Positions 56,669 to 64,000 of a stretch of 64,000 bases of DNA are shown here, piece by piece. The position numbers and the translations under genes are program-made. The notes beneath the pieces are model-generated. The model searched no databases. It had not been told where the DNA came from and saw only the letters and a program-made list of their open reading frames with translations. Position 1 is the first letter of the stretch; each line of letters opens with the position of its first letter. The DNA is from an uncultured Bacteroides sp. (GTDB taxonomy: Bacteria; Bacteroidota; Bacteroidia; Bacteroidales; GCA-2748055): positions 11,894-75,893 of the forward strand of contig CAYWGP010000199.1 of NCBI GenBank assembly GCA_964458155.1, read 5' to 3'.

Positions 56669-57676
56669 TTGTTTTACTGAATCTCTGAATTTCAAGGTAG
56701 GTTGCAGGAATACCTGCCTGGATTTTATCTCCTCATTATTGATCAGGCTGAAAATTAGTCTGACTGCTATATTACAAATATCATATACAGGTTGCTTTAC
56801 ACAGGTGAGTGGTGTTGAAAGGTAATCAAGATAGGGATGGTCATCAAAAGCTATCAGGGATATATCTTCTGGTATTCGAAAATTATTTTCTTTAAGCGCT
56901 TTCATACACCCCAGGGCAATGGTGTTACTCATAGCAAAAATGGCGCTTGGCTTAGGCTTGCTTTGCAATAATAACAAGGTTTCAGTATATCCGTTATTAA
57001 CTGAAAAATCATATCCGGAAATACTACTAATTCTAATTCCTTCCTCCTCTAGCGCTGCCTTAAATCCTTTGATCCTGAGTTTATTCGGCATAGAGGATTC
57101 TATTCCCTGGATACATGCAATGTTAGTGTGACCATTCTTGATGAAGTGCTTCGTTGCCTGGTAGGCCCCCAGGTAATTATCAGTCGATACAAAGGGGATC
57201 TCCAATCCTTCAATGTAACGATCCAGGCAGACAAGCGGTATCTTAAGATCCTGAATGAGCCTGAGTTGATCCGGACTATTGCCACAGGGTGAAATGATGA
57301 TCCCTTCTACATTCCTGGAACTCATCTGTTTAAGCTCTTGCTCTTCTATCTCCTGGTTTTCATTACAGTCACTGATCAGCGTTGCATAGCCCATTTGCTG
57401 CAATTCCATATTTATCAAACCGGCGATTCGGGAAAAATAGGGATTCATCAGGGAAGGAATGATCAAGGCAATGGTCCTTGTCCTGCCTGATTGAAGATTA
57501 ACGGCGATCTGGTTGGGTATATAATTCAGTGCTTCGGCTGCCTCATATATTTTCTTCTGAGATTTTTCACTGATCCGGTATTGCTTTGCCTTACCATTCA
57601 ATACCCTCGAAACCGTCGTAATGGAAAGGCCTGTGCTTTTTGCAATATCCTTAATATTTGTCTTCCTGCGATCCAT
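56660..57676 (-). CDS. LacI family transcriptional regulator
   Basis: It has an N-terminal HTH (IKDIAKSTGLSITTVSRVLNG) and a periplasmic-binding-protein-like effector domain. It starts 7 nt after the upstream beta-helix gene stop. Its 3' end overlaps the MFS gene by 9 nt (convergent). Confidence 0.9.
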   Translation of the reverse strand: MDRRKTNIKDIAKSTGLSITTVSRVLNGKAKQYRISEKSQKKIYEAAEALNYIPNQIAVNLQSGRTRTIALIIPSLMNPYFSRIAGLINMELQQMGYATLISDCNENQEIEEQELKQMSSRNVEGIIISPCGNSPDQLRLIQDLKIPLVCLDRYIEGLEIPFVSTDNYLGAYQATKHFIKNGHTNIACIQGIESSMPNKLRIKGFKAALEEEGIRISSISGYDFSVNNGYTETLLLLQSKPKPSAIFAMSNTIALGCMKALKENNFRIPEDISLIAFDDHPYLDYLSTPLTCVKQPVYDICNIAVRLIFSLINNEEIKSRQVFLQPTLKFRDSVKQLN

Positions 57677-57683
57677 ACATCAT

Positions 57684-59243
57684 CTATTGCAGGATGTGTG
57701 GTATTGCATGCTCGCTTAATCCAGGCTTCACAAAATACATGCCTTTGGAAAGATGAGTCAGATCAATGGTTGAGGCCCCATTCTGTATATTCTGCATATG
57801 TACCACTTTCCCGCTTTGATCAAGAATAGTAATTAATTGATTTGGCCGTTTCGGGCTTTTTCTACTTTCTACGTGCACAATTCCAGATGAAGGATTCGGA
57901 TAGACAAAATACGTTTCAATATCATGGCTGGACCTGATACTTGCAATAAAACTACTTTCAAAAGCACCTGCATCCGGTGCATTACCCTGCGGTACGGGAT
58001 TTCGGTCCAGGTCAAATGAGTACCTGGATGCTTCAGCCATGTCGATAGCAGGACTTCCCTGGAGTAAGTGTAAATCACGCTCTTCATAATTTACGAAAAG
58101 AGGATCGGCTACAATCTCTCCCTCCCCCAGGGGATATCCTTTTGGATTGGACAGGCTATTATCCACCGAGAAGTAAATATTATCACTGGTCGAAGACCCG
58201 GGATTTTCCCACTCAAAGGCTGTAACTCCATTTGCCAGCACAAAAATATTATTACGGACAGAAGCCTGGGGAATGAGGTGATGAAGACTGATGCACCAGT
58301 TAAAATCCGTATTGGCAGGAAGCACCCTGAGAATGGTGTTGTTTTCGATGATAGCATCTGCTCCAATTGGCCCGTCAATAAACCACTGGTAATCATCGCT
58401 GTAATTATAACAAATTTCTATCTCTCCCCAGGTGCAATCCTCGCATTCAGAGTCATCGTATGATTCAAGAAATCCCTGGTTTCCAAGACTGATATTATGA
58501 TGTATCTTCCAATTGGTATGAATTCCTTCATCGTCAAGCTCGATTGCACCCCCATCAAAACCATAATTGTTTGGTGCCAGGAATCCCTCAATGACATTGA
58601 ATGAAATTTCGCCATTATATCCTGCCCCTACAATGGCCATGGGTCCCCACCATTCATTGATTCCTCCACCCGGGGCATGCATGTGGTTATTTCTTATTAG
58701 TACATCGTGAGCATATAATCTTACTGCAACCCGACATCCCTCGAATTCACAGTGCTGAACTATTATATGATGGTCTTCGCGGTCGAAGGAGGCAATACCT
58801 GCAACTGTGCGGGGTCCGCTAAGGCCACAATTATTTATATAGAGGTTTTCAATTGTGATGTAACTTGCTGAAATGCGAATTGCATTGCCATCGTTTATCT
58901 CCGGATCTGGATTGCTTATGGCTGGCATATTGCCAGAGCCATATGCAGTGAAGACAATCGGACTTTCTTCTGTGCCGGAAGCATTAATCTCGAAAGATCC
59001 GGACCAGCTTGAACCCCGTTCAAAAAATACTGTATCACCCGGTGAGAAGTTGTACATATCAATATCATCGAGGGAATCCCATGGATCCTGCGCACTTCCA
59101 TCACCAATCGCCGAGCCATTGACTGAAGAAACATAATATTTCAATGGTGTTTCTGCCAGACTGCTGCCTTTCAGTTTATCATTCTTGCAGTTAACGAAAA
59201 GAAATGATAGTGTAAGCAGGAGGTATAAAGATTGTTTTTTCAT
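57684..59243 (-). CDS. T9SS-secreted right-handed parallel beta-helix protein (pectate-lyase fold)
   Basis: It has a signal/lipobox-like N-terminus (SFLFVNC) and PbH1-type repeats (ITIENLYINNCG, IIVQHCEFEGC, VLIRNNHMH, ISFNVIEG). The C-terminal sorting domain is YFVYPNPSSGIVHVE...GMYFVKP. Confidence 0.7.
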   Translation of the reverse strand: MKKQSLYLLLTLSFLFVNCKNDKLKGSSLAETPLKYYVSSVNGSAIGDGSAQDPWDSLDDIDMYNFSPGDTVFFERGSSWSGSFEINASGTEESPIVFTAYGSGNMPAISNPDPEINDGNAIRISASYITIENLYINNCGLSGPRTVAGIASFDREDHHIIVQHCEFEGCRVAVRLYAHDVLIRNNHMHAPGGGINEWWGPMAIVGAGYNGEISFNVIEGFLAPNNYGFDGGAIELDDEGIHTNWKIHHNISLGNQGFLESYDDSECEDCTWGEIEICYNYSDDYQWFIDGPIGADAIIENNTILRVLPANTDFNWCISLHHLIPQASVRNNIFVLANGVTAFEWENPGSSTSDNIYFSVDNSLSNPKGYPLGEGEIVADPLFVNYEERDLHLLQGSPAIDMAEASRYSFDLDRNPVPQGNAPDAGAFESSFIASIRSSHDIETYFVYPNPSSGIVHVESRKSPKRPNQLITILDQSGKVVHMQNIQNGASTIDLTHLSKGMYFVKPGLSEHAIPHILQ

Positions 59244-60622
59244 TATTCGATGCTAAATGAATATACTTTCGCCTGTGTAAGCTTAATTTTAATGCTGATA
59301 TTTTCTTCATTGATTTCTTTGTCGAACTTGAGATGTTCATCAGTTATCGAATTTAAAATAGATTCAGAAGCAGCAATTTGCTCTCCATCGCTATTCAACA
59401 GGCTAACAGTAACTGATCCGCCCTTCTCAACATCAGCGCTTAGTTTCAATGCCCCACCTTTGTAATTGAATAACTTTGTTACGATAAGGCCTTCTTTGCT
59501 AAGGTTTTTCTGCACATACCCGGCAAATCCATCCGGACGCAGGCTTGCCAGGCAAAGAAAACCATTTCTCCAACCGAAATGTAACCAATCGCTGCCACCA
59601 TAATAGAGCATAATTCTGTCATCCTGAAAAACTGGAGAAGCACATGCGTAAACGCAACCATAGTCATAGTCCAGCTTCTTTTCGGAATTAGGTATAAGCG
59701 GAGTACCCTCATCGATGCGATACCAATTTCTGGTATCAGGACTCCATGTTAATTCTGTCCAGACTCTATCGGTACTTTGCTGATAAATGGTTAGTAAACC
59801 CAGATATACCCCCTTATAATAGAATATGGGCATGGAGTAAGTTTGCAGGTCCTTGCTTGTTCCGTGTAAAACCACCTCTTCCTTTGTCCAGTTGATAAAA
59901 TCATCGCTTTCAATGCGCGCAACTTCCCGTCCAAATTTACGTCCCCATGTTCGCGTTATCCCTACATATTTATTTAATGTTGGAGCCCATATTGCATTAT
60001 TGTGTGTATCTCCGGCTACACTTACTCCCTTCACCTTCTTCTTTTTACCCCAATGAATACCATCAGCAGAAAAGGCTACAGCCATACCCTGAAAAATAAC
60101 TTTGTATCGCTTAGCAGGGTCTGTTTCGTGCAAATCTTTCATTACTCCTGCACCATGAGGACCGCGCCAGACAATGTTGTTGTTTTTGCTGCCATTGTAT
60201 TCAACCATTCCCAGCTCAGGTTTCTCCCAATTAATTCCATCTAAGGAAGTGGCATAGCATATTCCCATTTCCCTTTCAGGGTGTTCTTCGTATGGCTTAT
60301 CTCGTTGTTCCAGCGTCATTCCTTTTGCACTGGAATCTACAATAAAAGGACTGTACCAGCACTTATATAATTCCTCTTCTTTGTCAAAAATCATATTTCC
60401 ATAGAGGTTGTCATAGCGCATCTCCCATTCATTCTCTTCTCCAAACAGCGGATTGGCAGGGTGTTTTTCTACTTTTCCAACTTCCAGTTTTACATTCTCA
60501 GTTTTTTCGATAATTCGCCCATCCAGCAATAAAAACCTGGTGGAATCAGGAATACATTCACCCCTCCCAAAGGCCCAGAGCATGAATAAGGAAAGGAATA
60601 TTACTTTAGTTCTCATAAGCAA
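59243..60622 (-). CDS. Secreted predicted beta-propeller glycoside hydrolase-like protein (GH43/32/130-type fold; family not assigned)
   Basis: It has a signal peptide and repeated S.DG(I).W blades (SLDGINWEKP, SADGIHWGKK, DFINWTKE, DTRNWYRI). The N-terminal NPLFGEE..W resembles five-bladed propeller GHs. The fold call is from pattern only. Confidence 0.45.
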   Translation of the reverse strand: MLMRTKVIFLSLFMLWAFGRGECIPDSTRFLLLDGRIIEKTENVKLEVGKVEKHPANPLFGEENEWEMRYDNLYGNMIFDKEEELYKCWYSPFIVDSSAKGMTLEQRDKPYEEHPEREMGICYATSLDGINWEKPELGMVEYNGSKNNNIVWRGPHGAGVMKDLHETDPAKRYKVIFQGMAVAFSADGIHWGKKKKVKGVSVAGDTHNNAIWAPTLNKYVGITRTWGRKFGREVARIESDDFINWTKEEVVLHGTSKDLQTYSMPIFYYKGVYLGLLTIYQQSTDRVWTELTWSPDTRNWYRIDEGTPLIPNSEKKLDYDYGCVYACASPVFQDDRIMLYYGGSDWLHFGWRNGFLCLASLRPDGFAGYVQKNLSKEGLIVTKLFNYKGGALKLSADVEKGGSVTVSLLNSDGEQIAASESILNSITDEHLKFDKEINEENISIKIKLTQAKVYSFSIE

Positions 60623-60630
60623 TCAGCAGG

Positions 60631-62121
60631 CTAAAAATCGCTGTTTATAATGTAGGTTATTTCGCCGTAGATATCTTCATCAAAAATGTCAACAAAGATC
60701 TCCTTAACAGATACTAATTTTTCACCATCGAAAAAGCCTTCAAAATTGGCTACATGGCCATCGTCATCCCAAATTTCCCAACGCACCCGGTCTCCTTCCT
60801 GTACATACTCAACAAACATATCTTCGTTGAATTTTCCGCCGGAAATGCTTGCTTTTTCATGGCCAATAAATTGCATAGTGTGGTCAGCTCCTCCATAAGT
60901 AAAGGGGATCGTTTTATCTTTTACAGGCGATGCGTCATTTCTCCGAATTTCAACCCGACCACCATTTTCAAGAATTGCTGTTTTGGCTATTGCCGCTATC
61001 CGATCTTCAATTTCTGACAGAGGAGTAGCTATTTGCACATCATCACGGGTAAAGCAGACATATTGATTGTTAAACTCTTCGATCATTTCCCTGGGAAGAC
61101 ACTTCGTTCCCTGGATCACTCCAATAAGTCCGGCGCATGTGGCTGCCTGATTGTCACAATCATATCCTGCACTTACCGCTATACCAACCGTTTTCATAAA
61201 ATCACCTTCGCCATACAGTATGGCCATAATACCGCATAATCCGTTATTCAGGGAGGACACCACGCTTACTGGCGCTTCATACGAACCTTTTTTGTATCTG
61301 TAATACTTGTCATGGATCATTTTTCGTGTATCCCGCCAATTGTCATTCTCTTTGTGCCATTTAACTACATCCCGTATACCCTCGGCAAAAGGACCTTCGT
61401 TGGGGATGGCATCGATGGCCATCTGCACCAGTTTTTCAACATCCTTTTCGAAAAAGGCTGCACTGATCATAACACCATAGGCTATGGTTGGATGTGTACC
61501 CCAGTCGTCGTTGGTAATCCTCGCTCCCCACAGCGCCCTCTCCCCGGCCTTTTTTGTCATTCCGGGATAGAACGCACTCCATATTTCGTTGACCAGTTGA
61601 GGATCAATCTGAAACCAGTTCCTGTTGTTTTCCTTGCGTCCTGTTTCGGGGGCAACTAATCCTTTGCTCATTAGCGATCGGGCTGTATGATTAGCCACCC
61701 AGATTCTTCGGTTAATATGCTGTTTCCACATTTCGGTGATCTCCGGATAGCTTAGGTCGAGACCGTATTTTTCCACGGCATGCAAAGTAATAAACTCGAT
61801 ATCTGTATCATCATCTGCAATGGCCCCTTCAACAGCATCTATGAAAATAGGAATGAACCCGCGCCAGTCGTACCGGTTTAAAAGGATTGATTCATCGTCT
61901 TTGTATGTATACACCCTGTTAACAAGAAAAGGTACAGCTTCGTCCACATACTTGTTTTCAAAGGGAAGACCATAATAGTTGCCGACCAGCTGTCCGAGCC
62001 AAAAAGCCGAAATTTTATCATGAAGCTCTTTTTCACTTATGGCTCTCTCCTGGCCATTTCCCCTGGTGGTGAATGCCAGAGAAATAATCAAAATCCCTGC
62101 AATTGTTTTTAAATAGCCCAT
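60631..62121 (-). CDS. Exported ADP-ribosylglycohydrolase (ARH)-fold protein, ARH-2
   Basis: It has a signal peptide (TTRGNGQ). ARH-like motifs are FWLGQLVGNYYGLPFENKY, IADDDTDIEFITL, and LYGEGDFMKTVGIAVSAGYDCDNQAATCAGLIGVIQG. An extra C-terminal domain of about 110 aa follows. Confidence 0.7.
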   Translation of the reverse strand: MGYLKTIAGILIISLAFTTRGNGQERAISEKELHDKISAFWLGQLVGNYYGLPFENKYVDEAVPFLVNRVYTYKDDESILLNRYDWRGFIPIFIDAVEGAIADDDTDIEFITLHAVEKYGLDLSYPEITEMWKQHINRRIWVANHTARSLMSKGLVAPETGRKENNRNWFQIDPQLVNEIWSAFYPGMTKKAGERALWGARITNDDWGTHPTIAYGVMISAAFFEKDVEKLVQMAIDAIPNEGPFAEGIRDVVKWHKENDNWRDTRKMIHDKYYRYKKGSYEAPVSVVSSLNNGLCGIMAILYGEGDFMKTVGIAVSAGYDCDNQAATCAGLIGVIQGTKCLPREMIEEFNNQYVCFTRDDVQIATPLSEIEDRIAAIAKTAILENGGRVEIRRNDASPVKDKTIPFTYGGADHTMQFIGHEKASISGGKFNEDMFVEYVQEGDRVRWEIWDDDGHVANFEGFFDGEKLVSVKEIFVDIFDEDIYGEITYIINSDF

Positions 62122-62145
62122 AATACAGTTATAAAAGTGACTACA

Positions 62146-63036
62146 CTATTCATCATTAATAGTATATCCTGATACAAAGTTCCAGATTAATTCACCCGTA
62201 TTTGAGCCCTGATAATTAAGGTCAAACCACAGATGATCACCCCCGATAATTTTGTAATGTTCCACTGAAACCTCATTATTCTTGTGTGTGTAGCGGTAGT
62301 GTTCGATTGTTGTTCCATTATCATCAACACTGTTCTCTACCGGGCTTGTACCCGTATTATTAAAATCATTCCAAAAATTGAGTATTGCCTCCACAGAATT
62401 GTAATCGTCGCTACCATTGTAAGGTAATACATCGTCCGATGTGCCATGAAGTATGATGACAGGCATTGGGTGAGAAGGAGTGCAATCAAGGTCCAACATT
62501 GTTCCTGAAACTGCACCCACTGCAGCTATCAGATCGCTATGATAACATGCAAGGGCGTAAGAAAACATGCCACCGTTCGAATAACCACAGGCATATATCC
62601 TTTCCGGATCAATCATGTAGTCAGATGAAAGCTTGCTTATAAGTGCCTCCATGAAACCAAGATCATCCGCATTGCTCTTATTATCAGGAGAATTCAATGC
62701 TGCATTCCAGTGTGAAAATCCGTTTATAAGGGTGCCCTGGGGATAGACCAGAATGAAATTTCCTGATTCGGATGTTGCGCGCATATCAGCATATTGCATG
62801 AATTCTTTTGCATCTCCACCAAAACCATGAAAATTGAATAAAAGAGGGACCTTCGAACCAGGATCATAGGAATCCGGGACGTATACTATATATTCTCTTG
62901 TCACACCATCGTGTTCCAGGGTTTGCATTACCTGGTTTGAATTGGTTAACGCATCTGAACTATCCGTATTCTTGCAGGCAAAGAATAGAATTGATAGGCT
63001 TAGCAGGAGAAAGAAAGATTGTTTTGTCATGATCAA
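62146..63036 (-). CDS. Secreted esterase, PHB-depolymerase/LpqC-like (CE1-type alpha/beta hydrolase)
   Basis: It has a lipobox (ILFFAC), LLFNFHGFGGD, and the nucleophile elbow CGYSNGGMF. Confidence 0.7.
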   Translation of the reverse strand: MIMTKQSFFLLLSLSILFFACKNTDSSDALTNSNQVMQTLEHDGVTREYIVYVPDSYDPGSKVPLLFNFHGFGGDAKEFMQYADMRATSESGNFILVYPQGTLINGFSHWNAALNSPDNKSNADDLGFMEALISKLSSDYMIDPERIYACGYSNGGMFSYALACYHSDLIAAVGAVSGTMLDLDCTPSHPMPVIILHGTSDDVLPYNGSDDYNSVEAILNFWNDFNNTGTSPVENSVDDNGTTIEHYRYTHKNNEVSVEHYKIIGGDHLWFDLNYQGSNTGELIWNFVSGYTINDE

Positions 63037-63055
63037 GGATTTTTACTGAATTGGC

Positions 63056-64000
63056 TCATTGGATTATGGAGAGCATATCAATAGTTTTCTCAGTAGCGTC
63101 TTCATCACCCTGAATGATGAGTGTATGAGAGCCGGAGCTTAATCCCAGCTTTTCAAATATTTTGACATAGTATTGCCCATGGGTATGATGGGAAGCCAAA
63201 TTGAAATCACCATAGGGAACCCCATCAAGCGTTATAGTTACTTTGCCTCCTTTTGGGCCGCGGTAAGCATAATACTGAATTGCCGTTCCGGTGAATGTTA
63301 TTTCAGCCTTGCAGTTTTCGTAGCCAAATGCAAGTGTTGCACCTGAGGCGTTCCAATTATCGCCATGTGATTCAAATCCCGTAAAGATCCAGCGTGGATC
63401 ACTATCCTCTATGGTAAGCCAGGGTACAGTAATTTCGGGAACAGCTGCTGTGATTATGCCCGATTCCATTTCAGGTATGATCCAATTATCTCCTTCAATT
63501 GATCCACCCATTGACCCGAGCACTATGTCATCGATGATCCCAAGTCCCCTTTCAGCCATATCGGTGAAATTATCCAGCGGTATGGGCATATTATAGCGCG
63601 AGCGTTCAATATAGTAGCCATCCGAGAAGTCGCTTTTATTGAAGTGGGACTGAAGTCCCTCATGACCGTAAAGCAAACCCAGGAGACCACCCCAGGTTGA
63701 TGTTGGATTGTCTGAATCCCAGCCGCACATACAGCCAATACGTATGGTCTTTTTATAGTCACCTTCACCATAGAAGAGGCTGACCATGGATGCAGCAAAG
63801 TTTATCCCCGAATCCCATGGATACCTGTATGTATATCCCGCAGTTACGGTATGTTGATAACGCTGTGCTACCTGGTCCCTGGTAAGTTCCCAGTTATCCT
63901 TATCAGGATTAGTCTCGTAAGCTGCTTTGACAAAATCATACATATCAGCAATATAAGACCAATCGGGTATTCGTTGCCGGGCCTGTTCAGCCAGCCAGAT
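63056..64000 (-). CDS. ADP-ribosylglycohydrolase (ARH)-fold protein with C-terminal beta-sandwich, ARH-3 (5' end outside window)
   Basis: The frame stays open upstream of the track's Met (IWLAEQARQRIPDWSYIADMYDF...) and aligns with internal regions of ARH-1 and ARH-2, so the gene is N-terminally truncated by the window edge. The motif is FYGEGDYKKTIRIGCMCGWDSDNPTSTWGGLLGLLYG. A CBM-like tail is present. Confidence 0.7.
   Translation of the reverse strand: MWLAEQARQRIPDWSYIADMYDFVKAAYETNPDKDNWELTRDQVAQRYQHTVTAGYTYRYPWDSGINFAASMVSLFYGEGDYKKTIRIGCMCGWDSDNPTSTWGGLLGLLYGHEGLQSHFNKSDFSDGYYIERSRYNMPIPLDNFTDMAERGLGIIDDIVLGSMGGSIEGDNWIIPEMESGIITAAVPEITVPWLTIEDSDPRWIFTGFESHGDNWNASGATLAFGYENCKAEITFTGTAIQYYAYRGPKGGKVTITLDGVPYGDFNLASHHTHGQYYVKIFEKLGLSSGSHTLIIQGDEDATEKTIDMLSIIQ

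Noticed and set aside
1-64000. CRISPR arrays, tRNA/rRNA genes, toxin-antitoxin or phage-defence cassettes
   Set aside because: Intergenic regions are all 260 nt or shorter, with no short-repeat/spacer periodicity and no cloverleaf-like sequences. No ORFs carry nuclease, ATPase or other defence-type signatures that I could recognise.

Overview
This window looks like a Bacteroidota chromosome segment. It has a SusC/SusD pair, five proteins with type IX secretion (T9SS) C-terminal sorting domains, many lipoprotein signals, and tightly packed operons with overlapping stop and start codons. I call about 48 CDS. I saw no rRNA, tRNA, CRISPR array, transposase or integrase. All family names come from motifs I recognise in the ORF translations; no database search was run.

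Nt 1-23,800 is mixed housekeeping and accessory content:
- gluconolactonase-like (partial), zwf, pgl and kynureninase
- a DUF1800/DUF1501 pair
- a lipoprotein plus beta-barrel pair
- a Tat-exported TIM-barrel isomerase
- a sialidase (GH33), esterase, GH20 hexosaminidase and sulfatase cluster
- a GH13, membrane protein and IMPase operon
- a nitrilase-family hydrolase and a GntP permease

Nt 23,900-64,000 is one large glycan-utilisation region made of three transcription blocks:
- A plus-strand block runs ROK regulator, LamG-family paralog P1, exported RhaM-like protein, Na+/solute symporter, Zn-ADH, Fe-ADH, alpha/beta hydrolase, paralog P2, T9SS beta-propeller, exported ADP-ribosylglycohydrolase (ARH)-fold protein.
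- A minus-strand block runs susC, susD, paralog P4, GH2, paralog P3, CotH.
- A second minus-strand block runs ARH, esterase, ARH, beta-propeller, T9SS beta-helix, LacI.

The main candidate for a previously undescribed system combines two parts:
- Four exported paralogs of a LamG-containing family. Their roughly 400-aa C-terminal region carries invariant motifs (for example FP.WNHWPV....DGR.A...DR..HSSL) that I cannot assign to any known enzyme family.
- Three exported ARH-fold proteins.
All of these are wired into a SusC/D locus.

Other points worth a second look:
- a CotH gene bracketed by a 52-nt imperfect direct repeat that includes an orphan 3' gene fragment
- an in-frame TAG separating a lipoprotein signal-peptide mini-ORF from the GH13 gene
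- a DUF1501 protein carrying both a Tat signal and a T9SS sorting domain
- an apparent G+C step near 32.2 kb
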